Assembly (NCBI GenBank): GCA_965199495.1
Contig: CBDASK010000003.1
Span: forward strand, 2,016,001 to 2,080,000
DNA length: 64,000 nt
Source of the DNA: Abditibacterium sp.
GTDB taxonomy: Bacteria; Armatimonadota; Abditibacteriia; Abditibacteriales; Abditibacteriaceae
Direction: 5' to 3'
The translations under genes and the position numbers were made by a program. Positions 10,122 to 19,417 of the stretch are shown piece after piece. Below the pieces are notes generated by a model. That model saw only the letters and a program-made list of their open reading frames with translations, made no database searches and was not told the origin of the DNA. Position 1 is the first letter of the stretch; every line of letters starts with the position of its first letter.

Positions 10122-10523
10122 TTACAATTGTAACTTTTTGAGCAGCTCGTCTTTGTCCTGTTGCGTTTTGGGAAATATGGGCCAAGCATCTAAACCATCC
10201 TCACCAAAACGGGGAATAAGATGAAAGTGGAGATGCGGCACCGATTGCCCCGCCGATACACCGCTGGCATGAAGTAAATTTATTCCTGTCGCGCCAAGTG
10301 CCGTTTGATAATGCAAAGCTACCTTCTGAATGACAGCAAAAAGACCGTTCAAACATTCTATTGGCACGGAAAACAAATCGGCATAATGTGGCTTAGGAGC
10401 GATAATCGTGTGACCGAAAGCCTCAACTTCGAGCGGCAGAAAGCAAATGACCTTTTCGTCTTCATAAACTATCCATGAAGGCAAATCGTTGCTCACAAGT
10501 TTGCAGATGATACAATCGTTCAT
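10122..10523 (-). CDS. HIT family nucleotide hydrolase
   Basis: N-terminal CIIC and histidine triad GQSVPHLHFHLIPR. Alternative start at 10535. Confidence 0.92.
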   Translation of the reverse strand: MNDCIICKLVSNDLPSWIVYEDEKVICFLPLEVEAFGHTIIAPKPHYADLFSVPIECLNGLFAVIQKVALHYQTALGATGINLLHASGVSAGQSVPHLHFHLIPRFGEDGLDAWPIFPKTQQDKDELLKKLQL

Positions 10524-10576
10524 AAACGTTCTCATTATACCGCCCGAAATCCCTTTGTATCGCTACGCGGAATAAT

Positions 10577-10612
10577 AAAAAAGCACGCGAACCAATATCG
10601 CGTGCTTTTTTG
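10577..10612 (-). terminator. rpmH intrinsic terminator
   Basis: AAAAAAGCACGCGA-ACCAATA-TCGCGTGCTTTTTTG, about 20 bp past the rpmH stop. Confidence 0.85.
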
Positions 10613-10631
10613 TCTCGGCCAAATTGACCGT

Positions 10632-10769
10632 TTAGACCTGCGTCAATTTGATGCGGCCTTTGGCGCGGCGGCGCGAGATGATGGCGCGGCCACCGCGTGT
10701 GCTCATGCGGGCGCGGAAACCGAGTTTGCGGGCGCGCGGACGTTTTTTGGGTTGCCAGGTGCGTTTCAT
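10632..10769 (-). CDS. rpmH: 50S ribosomal protein L34
   Basis: Translated by hand as [45 protein letters not shown]. Divergent from dnaA. Confidence 0.97.
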   Translation of the reverse strand: MKRTWQPKKRPRARKLGFRARMSTRGGRAIISRRRAKGRIKLTQV

Positions 10770-11135
10770 GATTGTTTATTCTCCAATACGGCTTTTCCCA
10801 ATGAGTTCAACGGGCGCCGACGTTTTTTGATTTTGTTCCGACTTCGCTTCTCGGAAGCGGGCACGCAGTATAACACGCCAAAAATCTTTTGCAAACCCGT
10901 TGAATTCCCTTGCACTTCGGTTTAAAATCAAAAGGCCTGTTTGCACGCCGAGCGTCCCCATTCAATCGCCAAAAGTCTGGCGAGAGGCCCGACCGCAGTT
11001 CGTTACATTTCTTCGTTACAACTTTGAAATGTGCAGGTGTCATACCCAAAAAGAAAGTCACACTTCGCTCTTATTCTCCCGCATCGTAGCCGAGCGAATC
11101 GCTTCTCCGTTTGCGCGGAACTGGTTTCACTCGAC

Positions 11136-11177
11136 TTATACACAGCTATGGAAAACCCTGTGGATAACTCTGGATAA
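11136..11177. promoter_or_regulatory. DnaA-box cluster upstream of dnaA
   Basis: TTATACACA 11136-11144, TGTGGATAA 11159-11167, TCTGGATAA 11169-11177. Confidence 0.85.
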
Positions 11178-11254
11178 CTCCACGGTTTTGGGGTGAAATC
11201 TTCGTCAAACACCGATTTTGGCCGTAATCTCGCCCGCAAAACCCTTTCATCACG

Positions 11255-12952
11255 ATGCCCGACGCCGCTGCCCAACGCAAACCCGCCCTCGAACTCGACT
11301 TCGATTCGCCCGCCGAACTCGCCGCGCAAGCCACGCTCTATGACTCCGACGCCCCGGCGTCCGAAAGCGGCCCTTCGTTACAAAGCGTTGGCATTGACCA
11401 GCCCAGCGAGATCATGGAGGCCGCCTGGGCCGACGTGATGCAGACGCTGCAGACCGAGTTATCCGGCCCAACTTACGACAATTATTTGAAACATGTGCGT
11501 CCGCTCCGACTGACCTCGGACAGATTAACCTTGTCGGCGCCCTCGGATTTCGTCAAAGATTGGTTGGTGCGCCGTTTCGCGCGCCGCATCGAAGAAACGC
11601 TCGAACAGTTTCTGGGCCGTCCGGTGATTCTGGCGTTTCAAATCGTGCCCGAAGGCGGCGAAACCAAAGTCGAAGCGTCCGCCCCGTCCGCCCGCCACTC
11701 GCGCAAATCGGGCAAGATTCTGCCCGATTTCGCCGAATCACCCGACGACGATGCGGACGCCGATTCTACTGGCGATGAAGCGCCCGCCGTCGGCGCCGAC
11801 GGCCATCCCGCCACCGTCGTGGCTGCCGATGCGCCCGAACCGACCAAAGCAGCCACGGCGGCGGCCAAAAAAGCCGCGCGCGCCGATGCCAAACTGTTAG
11901 AAGACTTTGAAGATTTTAGTTCGCCGTTAAATAAAAAATATACTTTCGACAATTTTATCGTTGGTCGCAGCAACTATGTTTCGCACGCGGCGGCGTGGGC
12001 CGTGGCCAATGCGCCCGCCAAAGGCCAATACAATCCGCTCTTCATTTACGGCGGCGTCGGCCTGGGCAAAACGCACCTGATGCAAGCGATTGGACACCAC
12101 ATCAACAAAGTGCGCGGAAACCCCGTCGAGATCGCTTATGTATCGGGCGAGAACTTTTTATATCAAGTCGTTCGCTGCATCCGCGAAGATAAAATGACGG
12201 CGTTTAGAAGAAAGTATCGCAACGTTGATATTTGGTTGGTTGACGACATCCAATATATATGTAACGCCGAGCGCACCGAAGTCGAGTTCTTTCATATCTT
12301 CAATACCTTATACGATCAGGGCAAACAGATCGTGATCTGTTCGGACAAACCGCCCAAAGAGTTACAACTCACCGAATCACGCTTGATTTCACGCTTCGAG
12401 TGGGGTTTGATCTCGTATGTCGAGCCGCCCGACTTGGAACATCGCATCGCGATTTTGCAGCGCCGCGCTCAAGCCGAAAACGTCACTGTTTCGACCGAGG
12501 TTTTGTCGTATCTGGCCGAAAAAATTCGCTCCAATATCCGCAGCCTTGAAGGTTCGCTAACGCGCCTGCTGGCGATGGCGAGTATCGAGCATCGCAAAAT
12601 CAATTTAGATTTGGCCGCCGAAACCGTCAGGTATTACTCAACTGCCGAAGCCGAAACCGTTAAAATCGAGGCCGAAACTATTATCGAAGTTGTCGCCGAA
12701 CATTTCGAGATCGCGGTCGCCGATCTATTGGGTAAAAAGCGCAACAAGGAAATCGTGATGCCGCGCCAAATCGCCATGTATGTCGCCCGCGAAATGGCGA
12801 ACATGAGCTATCCCGACATCGGTCGCGCCTTTGACCGCGATTACACGACGGTGATTCACTCATATGAGAAAGTGAAGGCGGAATTGAAGAAAGACACGGG
12901 ACTTCGCGGCGCGATCTCGGAGATTCGCTCGCGGGCGCACGCGCGGTCGTAA
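11255..12952 (+). CDS. dnaA: Chromosomal replication initiator DnaA
   Basis: YTFDNFIVG, YNPLFIYGGVGLGKTHLM, LVDDIQ, SRFEWG and RQIAMY...DYTTVIHS. Start uncertain. Confidence 0.98.
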   Translation: MPDAAAQRKPALELDFDSPAELAAQATLYDSDAPASESGPSLQSVGIDQPSEIMEAAWADVMQTLQTELSGPTYDNYLKHVRPLRLTSDRLTLSAPSDFVKDWLVRRFARRIEETLEQFLGRPVILAFQIVPEGGETKVEASAPSARHSRKSGKILPDFAESPDDDADADSTGDEAPAVGADGHPATVVAADAPEPTKAATAAAKKAARADAKLLEDFEDFSSPLNKKYTFDNFIVGRSNYVSHAAAWAVANAPAKGQYNPLFIYGGVGLGKTHLMQAIGHHINKVRGNPVEIAYVSGENFLYQVVRCIREDKMTAFRRKYRNVDIWLVDDIQYICNAERTEVEFFHIFNTLYDQGKQIVICSDKPPKELQLTESRLISRFEWGLISYVEPPDLEHRIAILQRRAQAENVTVSTEVLSYLAEKIRSNIRSLEGSLTRLLAMASIEHRKINLDLAAETVRYYSTAEAETVKIEAETIIEVVAEHFEIAVADLLGKKRNKEIVMPRQIAMYVAREMANMSYPDIGRAFDRDYTTVIHSYEKVKAELKKDTGLRGAISEIRSRAHARS

Positions 12953-12979
12953 GAAATCTTTTAATTATGAAATTTAATT

Positions 12980-13483
12980 ATGAAATTGGCAAAGTTTGCT
13001 TTATGGTCGGTGTTTGTGGTCGCGCTACTCGTGGCGCCGTTCGTGGTAGTAACCAAAGGGAACGATTATAAGTTGGCGCGCTTTCAAAGCAATCTCGTCT
13101 CTCTGCCGCATCCAGCAACTTCACGTCTGGTGGCACAGCACGGCAAAATCGGTAACTTCGGCAACGGCAATCATATCGACTATTGGGCAGTTGAAGTGCG
13201 CTCTTGTCCCAATCCGCGTGCGATGCCCCGCTTTTATCAGGCTATGCGCGTCCCAGTTCCCAACTATCAAAGAAACGATTATGACGGCGTAAAGAACGGG
13301 ACGCAACCGGTTGAAATCACGGTTTTGCCGTCGCCGCTACCCGCCAATTATCATTTGAGCGCTGGATATTCCAAATGGAATTTAGGCAACTTAGCGGGCC
13401 AAAATGGACTTTATACCGTGGAAATTGTGAATTCGGGCGAGAACGATTCATGGGGATCACTTTTTGATTGGCGTGGACAATAA
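12980..13483 (+). CDS. Hypothetical protein with N-terminal signal or membrane anchor
   Basis: 167-aa ORF with a hydrophobic N-terminus. Confidence 0.7.
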   Translation: MKLAKFALWSVFVVALLVAPFVVVTKGNDYKLARFQSNLVSLPHPATSRLVAQHGKIGNFGNGNHIDYWAVEVRSCPNPRAMPRFYQAMRVPVPNYQRNDYDGVKNGTQPVEITVLPSPLPANYHLSAGYSKWNLGNLAGQNGLYTVEIVNSGENDSWGSLFDWRGQ

Positions 13484-13630
13484 TCGCGAAGGATGCTTGA
13501 GTTCGCCGCGCGACATCTGAAAATTGTTCATCATATGAACAGACAACACAAAGCCATCAGTTCTTAATTACAGCAACTTCAGCTAATTTTATTAGTATTT
13601 ATCAGGCGCTTTTTTGCGCTAACTTCAAAT

Positions 13631-14200
13631 ATGAATAAAATCCCGCTCATCGGCAACAAGCTGTTTCTCATCCCCAACTTTCTCTGTGCGCAGGAATGCG
13701 CGCAGTTCATCGCGCAAAGCGAGGACGATGGTTATGAAGAAGCCACCATCACCGGCACGGGCGGCGTGGCTATTATTAGCAACGATGTGCGCAACAATAC
13801 GCGTTTGATATTGGACGACGAAACGCTGGCTCAGCGTCTGTTCGAGCGCACCGCCGAGCTATTGCCGCAAAATTGGCTGGGCTGGGAATTACTCTCATTT
13901 AACGAGCGATTTCGTTTCTATCGTTACGATGTCGGGCAAACCTTTAATATGCACTTCGATGGCGCCTTTGCACGCAACGATGACGAGCAGAGCCAGTTCA
14001 CGTTTTTGATCTATCTCAACGACGATTTCGCGGGCGGTCACACCAATTTCTTCGACGATAATGGCGCGCTTACCCACAGCATAGAGCCACGTCGCGGCAC
14101 GGCTTTGGTCTTCTGGCACCCGATGATGCACGAAGGCGCGACGGTGACACAAGGCCGCAAATACGTCTTACGCACCGACATCATGTATCGCTGGCAATAA
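13631..14200 (+). CDS. 2OG-Fe(II) oxygenase (prolyl-4-hydroxylase-like)
   Basis: RFYRYDVGQTFNMHFDG, IYLNDDFAGGHT and HEGATVTQGRKYVLRTD. Confidence 0.92.
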   Translation: MNKIPLIGNKLFLIPNFLCAQECAQFIAQSEDDGYEEATITGTGGVAIISNDVRNNTRLILDDETLAQRLFERTAELLPQNWLGWELLSFNERFRFYRYDVGQTFNMHFDGAFARNDDEQSQFTFLIYLNDDFAGGHTNFFDDNGALTHSIEPRRGTALVFWHPMMHEGATVTQGRKYVLRTDIMYRWQ

Positions 14201-14202
14201 CG

Positions 14203-14337
14203 AAATCCTCATATTTCCCACCGTAGAGACGCCGATTTATCGCGTCTAAAATGTCCGATTTGCCATAGCAATTGAGGGTTCATTCACGTTTTAGACGCGA
14301 TAAATCGGCGTCTCTACGGTGGGAAATATGAGGATTT
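14203..14337. repeat. GTAG-type REP doublet, family C variant; 49-bp perfect arms
   Basis: Arms 14203-14251 and 14289-14337. Core GTAGAGACGCCGATTTATCGCGTCT. Confidence 0.9.
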
Positions 14338-14499
14338 AACTCCTATATGCTCCAAACCTCACTAAGATTTTAACTTTATTATATCTAAATTAATCAAAGA
14401 AAAAATTTTATATTTGATTTCACTCAAATCACCAAAGCAGAAATCCCCGTTTTTTCGATTTTTATTTGTAATATCAAATTTCCAATAGTTTTCCCTGTG

Positions 14500-14760
14500 A
14501 GGTAGGGATAACCATAGGGATAGTATGTTAACAACTTTGCAAAACTTTGTGTCAATGTGGATAACAGGGATAACTCGCCAAGTTATCCCCAGGCAATGTG
14601 GATAACTTCGGAGGTGCTGTTTGGCTTTATAAAGCCAACAAATGGGGGTTTTGAAAAAGTTATCCACTTTTCCCTACCCCTAATAATAATAACAAGTATT
14701 TAAATATAAATATTTAAGTACTAAGCCAACGCAAAAAAATTGAAAAACTGGGGATAACTT
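14500..14760. other. oriC: Replication origin (oriC): DnaA boxes, trio-like repeats and AT-rich unwinding element
   Basis: TGTGGATAA at 14556-14564 and 14597-14605, TTATCCCCA 14583-14591, TTATCCACT 14660-14668. Followed by CCC-CTA-ATA-ATA-ATA and an AT tract to about 14722, then TGGGGATAA 14749-14757. Confidence 0.88.
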
Positions 14761-14775
14761 TTTCGGAGAAGAAAA

Positions 14776-14988
14776 ATGATGATCAACACTCTCGCAAATA
14801 AAAACGAAAACATTACAAAACAGACGGACTGCCCTACCCCATCGGAATATCATCGGGAGACTGCTGAAAATGCGAAACGGGTTGGTTTGGTCTGTCCGAA
14901 CTGCGGAGCCGATCTCGAAGGGCGCAAGTGCAAATTGGTTTGTGTTCGCGTCGGTTGTGGCTATGTCGTCACCTGCTCGGAATGGTGA
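14776..14988 (+). CDS. Small Cys-rich zinc-ribbon-like protein
   Basis: [31 protein letters not shown]. Start uncertain. Confidence 0.65.
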   Translation: MMINTLANKNENITKQTDCPTPSEYHRETAENAKRVGLVCPNCGADLEGRKCKLVCVRVGCGYVVTCSEW

Positions 14989-15074
14989 CGAGCGATTGCT
15001 TGACGGTTTTGGAGGCGGCCTTTAGATTTGGTTGGTTAAACTGGGCGTTGCGCTTTGCAAGCGAATTCAAAATC

Positions 15075-15545
15075 ATGAAAATCAAATTCTGGCTGCCGGT
15101 TTTACTGGGCAGCGTCATCGCGGTTGGCGCCGTGGCTCCATCCGCCGAGGCCAAGCCGAAAACCAAGAAAGTGAAAAAGCCCAAAACTGACCAAACCAAT
15201 TCCAAAATGACAACCACAAAATCTGGACTTCAAATCGAGGACATCAAAGTCGGCGACGGCGCCGAGGCCAAGGCGGGCCAAACCGTCACGGTGAACTACA
15301 AGGGCATGCTCACCGACGGCACCGTGTTCGACCAGTCGTATGGCCGTGGGCCGTTCCAGTTCCAACTGGGTGCGGGCATGGTCATCAAGGGCTGGGACGA
15401 GGGCGTGGCCGGAATGCGCGAAGGCGGCAAACGCAAACTCACCATTCCGCCCGCTCTGGCCTACGGCGCAGACGGCGCGGGCGGCGTGATTCCGCCCGAC
15501 GCAACTTTGATCTTTGAAGTCGAATTGATCAAAGCCGGGGCGTAA
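15075..15545 (+). CDS. FKBP-type peptidyl-prolyl isomerase with signal peptide
   Basis: [26 protein letters not shown] and [13 protein letters not shown]. Start MKIKFWLP. Confidence 0.95.
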   Translation: MKIKFWLPVLLGSVIAVGAVAPSAEAKPKTKKVKKPKTDQTNSKMTTTKSGLQIEDIKVGDGAEAKAGQTVTVNYKGMLTDGTVFDQSYGRGPFQFQLGAGMVIKGWDEGVAGMREGGKRKLTIPPALAYGADGAGGVIPPDATLIFEVELIKAGA

Positions 15546-15717
15546 ACCAAGTTGCGTAATGGTGTTTAAAACGCCGCTAAGGTGTCTTAAGCGCGTTGTT
15601 TGCCTCGAAGTGGGAACATCGGTCACAAAGTAAAATTGCGGTGCTCTACGGCGCTGTAAGCCGCTTGAAACAATTTGAAGCGTTGCGGCTGGAGAATTAA
15701 CTTCGTGTTTAAAACCG

Positions 15718-15759
15718 AAAATGGGCGCTGAAACTTCTGAGTTTTCAGCGCCTATTTTT
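15718..15759. terminator. Intrinsic terminator
   Basis: AAAATGGGCGCTGAAA...TTTCAGCGCCTATTTTT. Confidence 0.7.
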
Positions 15760-15893
15760 CGATTGAAAATGTTGCAGTTAAGTTTTCACGTTCACTGCAA
15801 ACAGCCATCGAAAATTTGAGCCGCTCCGCGCTCCGATAGTTCAAATCGGGTAAAATTACTCCACCTTGCGGCGCTCTGACGCCGAAATTTCTC

Positions 15894-16988
15894 ATGAAAG
15901 TTACCTGCGAACGTTCCTATCTGGCCCAGGCTTTGGGCGTGGCTGGTCGCGCTGTTTCGGCGCGCAATACGCTGCCGATTCTGTCGCACGTCCTGCTCGA
16001 AACCGAGGACGACCGGCTCAAAATCACCGCGACCGATCTCGACACCGCGATTCGCTGCGCGATTCCCGCTTCGATTGCCGAAAACGGCTCCGTCGCGTTG
16101 CCCGCTTCGTCGCTGTCGGATTATATTTCCAAGCTGCCCGATGCGCCCGTCACGCTCGAAATGCAGGACGGCAAAGTCGTCGTGCGTTGCGGCCATTCGC
16201 GCTACACGCTGATGAGTTCGCCCGCCGAAGATTTTCCCGTTGTGCCCGAAGTCGAGCATGGCACCGAAATCACCGTTTCGAGTGCGACGCTCAAAGAGAT
16301 GATTCGCCTAACCGCTTTCGCCGCATCGAAAGAAGAATCGCGCTCGCTTTTGATGGGCGTTTTGTTCGAGGCGCGCGGCAACACTTTGACTCTCGTCGCG
16401 ACCGATACGCATCGTTTGGCGTGGAAACAAACGACGCTATCCGCAGAAGTAGAAACGCCGGTTTCGGCGATAGTTCCGGCCAAACCTTTGGTAGAACTTG
16501 AACGCGTTTTAAAAAATACCGCCGACGAAATGGTAACCATTCGTTTCGGCGCGTCTCAAGTGCAGTTTCAGGCGTCCGATGCGACTTTAGTTTCGCGGGT
16601 TTTGGATGGCCAATTCCCCAACTACGAAAAAGTTATTCCCAAGCAAACCGAAAGAAAGGTTTCGTTCGAGCGTAACGAATTGTTAAACGCCGTTCGTCGC
16701 GTGGATATCGTCTCGCGTGTGGCCTCGCAAAAAATGGTGGTCAACTTCAGCGGCGGCAGCATGACGATGAGCGCCGAATCGCCCGACGCTGGGCAGGCTT
16801 ACGAAGAGATTCCAATCGCGATGGACGGCGACGATTTGCAGATCGCTTTCAACGCCAAATACTTGATGGAAGTTTTGGGCATCGTTTCGGACGATCAATT
16901 GGCGCTCGAACTCAACGGTTCGCTGCAACCGGGCATCCTGCGCGCTGGCCCCGATTTCGTTTATATCGTGATGCCGATGCAAGCGTAA
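15894..16988 (+). CDS. dnaN: DNA polymerase III beta sliding clamp
   Basis: LPILSHVLLE, ATDLD, VATDTHRLA, GQFPNYEKVIP, AFNAKYL and VMPM. Confidence 0.98.
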   Translation: MKVTCERSYLAQALGVAGRAVSARNTLPILSHVLLETEDDRLKITATDLDTAIRCAIPASIAENGSVALPASSLSDYISKLPDAPVTLEMQDGKVVVRCGHSRYTLMSSPAEDFPVVPEVEHGTEITVSSATLKEMIRLTAFAASKEESRSLLMGVLFEARGNTLTLVATDTHRLAWKQTTLSAEVETPVSAIVPAKPLVELERVLKNTADEMVTIRFGASQVQFQASDATLVSRVLDGQFPNYEKVIPKQTERKVSFERNELLNAVRRVDIVSRVASQKMVVNFSGGSMTMSAESPDAGQAYEEIPIAMDGDDLQIAFNAKYLMEVLGIVSDDQLALELNGSLQPGILRAGPDFVYIVMPMQA

Positions 16989-17016
16989 ACGATGAGTAGA
17001 ACTACGGAGGTTTGTA

Positions 17017-17445
17017 ATGAAATTTGATTGGAATTTTGGGCGTAAAAAGCCGAAAGAAGAACCGAAATCAGAGCCGTTAAGCCCCGAAGATCGCAAACGA
17101 ATCGCGACGATGGGAATCGTCGCGATTCCTCGTCCCAAAACTGGCGAAATGGAAGCTCCCGATGGTGCGGGAAATCCCGAAAAACCAGATGGTCAATTGG
17201 AAACGAGAGCGGGCAATTTTATCTCTTTGGAAGCCATCGAAATCGTCGCGCCTTGTTCGGCCAACTGGGACGAAATGTGCGGTCTGAGTAAGCGCGCGCG
17301 GTTTTGCGCCAATTGTCAGAAAGAGGTGCATGATTTATCGGCTTTAACGCGCGAGCAAACAGAACAGTTAATACGCGACAATCAAGGTCATTTTTGTGCC
17401 TTGATTTATCGGCATAATGACCGTAGCATCATTTCGGCTGATTGA
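17017..17445 (+). CDS. Hypothetical protein with Cys-rich domain (PCxxNWDxM...RFCxxCQKEVHD)
   Basis: 142-aa ORF with a GGAGG ribosome-binding site and a recognisable Cys motif. Confidence 0.7.
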   Translation: MKFDWNFGRKKPKEEPKSEPLSPEDRKRIATMGIVAIPRPKTGEMEAPDGAGNPEKPDGQLETRAGNFISLEAIEIVAPCSANWDEMCGLSKRARFCANCQKEVHDLSALTREQTEQLIRDNQGHFCALIYRHNDRSIISAD

Positions 17446-17494
17446 AAAGTAGGAGTATTTTAATGTTGCCTGAAATTAAATTTATTCGGAATCC

Positions 17495-18715
17495 ATGATA
17501 GTTAAGTCGCTTCGTCTCAACCATTTTCGTAATTATGCGGCGCAGGAAGTAAAATTCCCGCCCGGACTCATCGCTTTAACTGGGGATAATGGACAGGGTA
17601 AAACGAATTTATTAGAAGCGGTTTGTGTATTGGCAACAACGAAATCGCCTTTGGTCGAGCGAGACCGCGAATTGATTCGGTGGCACGAACGCGGCGCCAA
17701 ACTCAGCGCCGAAGTCGAAATCGGGCGCCCGCGCCCCGATGGTTCGCCCGATATTCGCAAACTGGAATATTCGTGGCGCATCGAAGGCAATTCCCTCGCG
17801 CGCGAGATGAAAGCGGGCGGCGTGCCTCAATCGGCTGTCGCGGCGTGGCTGGGACAACTGCAAGTCGTCGCGTTCTTTCCGCATGATCTGGCCCTGCTCA
17901 CTGGCGAACCCGAAGGCAGACGCCGATTCCTCAACCTCGAACTGGGCAAAACGCGCCCGGCTTACTTCGCCGATGTCGCGCGCTATCGGCGCACTTTGCA
18001 GCAACGCAACGCCCTGCTCAAACATCACCTCGACGTGAAGTGGCGCGGCGCTATGCCCGAAGACGACATGGGCACGTTGGCTTCGTGGAACAAGCAAATC
18101 GTCAGTTACGGCAGCCGGATTTTGGCCGAACGCGCGCGCTTTTTTGAAGAAATGGCGCCGATTTTAAGCGAGGTTCACGGCAAATTGTCGGGCTTGGATA
18201 CGCCGTTTTCCATTGAGTATTTGCCGGGTTTATCGGCGCTGAAAAAGGGCGGCGAAAGTTTCGACGGCGATCATTTTTCCGGTTTGATGGAGAGTTCGCT
18301 CAAACTCGACGACCGCGACGACCGGCGGCGAGGAACCACGGCGTCGGGGCCGCACCGCGACGAAATGGTTTTTCGTTTGGGCGAGATGGATTTGCGTAGA
18401 TATGGTTCGCAGGGTCAACAAAGATTGGGCGTGCTATCACTTAAAATCGCGCTGGCACGATGGGTTAAAGAGACGACCGATGAAGCGCCGATATTGTTGT
18501 TAGACGATGCTTTATCCGAATTGGACGCGACGCGGCGCGAACTATTGTTGGAAGAGGCCAGAGCTTTTCCACAAAGTATCGTGACAGCCACCGACGCGAC
18601 ATTTATTCAAAATGCGGCGGCGGTATTTCGGGTGGAAAACGGGCGTATTGTGGAAAATTCGGCGCAGATAAACCAGAATGAACCCGCGTTAAACCAAGTG
18701 AATGAAAGTTCGTAA
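17495..18715 (+). CDS. recF: DNA replication/repair protein RecF
   Basis: FRNY, GDNGQGKTNLLEA, GPHRDE, GSQGQQR and PILLLDDALSELD. Confidence 0.97.
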   Translation: MIVKSLRLNHFRNYAAQEVKFPPGLIALTGDNGQGKTNLLEAVCVLATTKSPLVERDRELIRWHERGAKLSAEVEIGRPRPDGSPDIRKLEYSWRIEGNSLAREMKAGGVPQSAVAAWLGQLQVVAFFPHDLALLTGEPEGRRRFLNLELGKTRPAYFADVARYRRTLQQRNALLKHHLDVKWRGAMPEDDMGTLASWNKQIVSYGSRILAERARFFEEMAPILSEVHGKLSGLDTPFSIEYLPGLSALKKGGESFDGDHFSGLMESSLKLDDRDDRRRGTTASGPHRDEMVFRLGEMDLRRYGSQGQQRLGVLSLKIALARWVKETTDEAPILLLDDALSELDATRRELLLEEARAFPQSIVTATDATFIQNAAAVFRVENGRIVENSAQINQNEPALNQVNESS

Positions 18716-18721
18716 CGAAAG

Positions 18722-18753
18722 TTATCCATAGTTTTATCCATAGGTGTGGATAA
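18722..18753. promoter_or_regulatory. Three DnaA boxes upstream of dciA
   Basis: TTATCCATA at 18722-18730 and 18734-18742, TGTGGATAA at 18745-18753. Confidence 0.75.
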
Positions 18754-18857
18754 GTCGGGTTGTTTGGGATATTTAAAAAGTGAAACGGTTGTTTTTGCCG
18801 TATTTCGCCGAAAAACTCACAGTTGGCATTCACTGAAAGCGGGCACACTTGAAAGCA

Positions 18858-19409
18858 ATGGAAAACGTCGGCAGCATCGTCAATGGGGTTTTGGACGCGC
18901 GCGGGTGGCGCGGCAAAGTCCTCGAAAAGATGGCGGTCGAGTTGTGGAGCGAAGTCGTGGGCGACCCGATTAACCATCACACTCTGGCTGAGCGGTTCGT
19001 CGGCGGCACGCTTTATGTGCGCGCGCGTTCGCCGCAGTGGACGCACGAACTGCATTTTCTCGAAGCGCGCATTATCGCGCGCCTCAATGGGCGCTTGAAA
19101 CAGCCGATTGTCCAGAAAATCCGCGCGAGCGTGACGGCACCGCCGGGCACGCCGAAATCGAAATTGAAACCCGACTGGGAAGACCCGACTTTCCCTGCCG
19201 CGCCGCACAAAGACAAGAGCGCGCCCGTCCCGACCGACGACGTGGCTGCGAATCGGGGACGCGAACTGGCCGCCGAAATCGAAGACGAAGAAATGCGCGA
19301 GGTTATGGCGCGTTTCATTGCGTCGGTGATGCGCGCCAACGACGAACGCCCGCCCGTGCCCGAAGGCAAAGCCACGCCGGTCGCGCCTATCGGCGATTCG
19401 CGGCGTTAG
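18858..19409 (+). CDS. dciA: DciA / DUF721 family protein (replicative helicase operator)
   Basis: WSEVVGDPI...GTLYVRARSPQWTHELHFLEARIIARLN. Located after recF. Confidence 0.85.
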   Translation: MENVGSIVNGVLDARGWRGKVLEKMAVELWSEVVGDPINHHTLAERFVGGTLYVRARSPQWTHELHFLEARIIARLNGRLKQPIVQKIRASVTAPPGTPKSKLKPDWEDPTFPAAPHKDKSAPVPTDDVAANRGRELAAEIEDEEMREVMARFIASVMRANDERPPVPEGKATPVAPIGDSRR

Positions 19410-19417
19410 GTGAGTGT

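Noticed and set aside
10602..10925. ORF 10602..10925 (+) and the similar short ORFs at 8176-8456
   Set aside because: They are shadows of rpmH and its duplicated fragment.
13525..13541. TGTTCATCATATGAACA as a parS site
   Set aside because: It is 17 bp and lacks the CACGTG core of the parS consensus. No canonical parS was noticed in the window.
14362..14667. 101-aa ORF on the - strand
   Set aside because: It overlies the AT-rich DnaA-box cluster, and its residues reflect box sequences.
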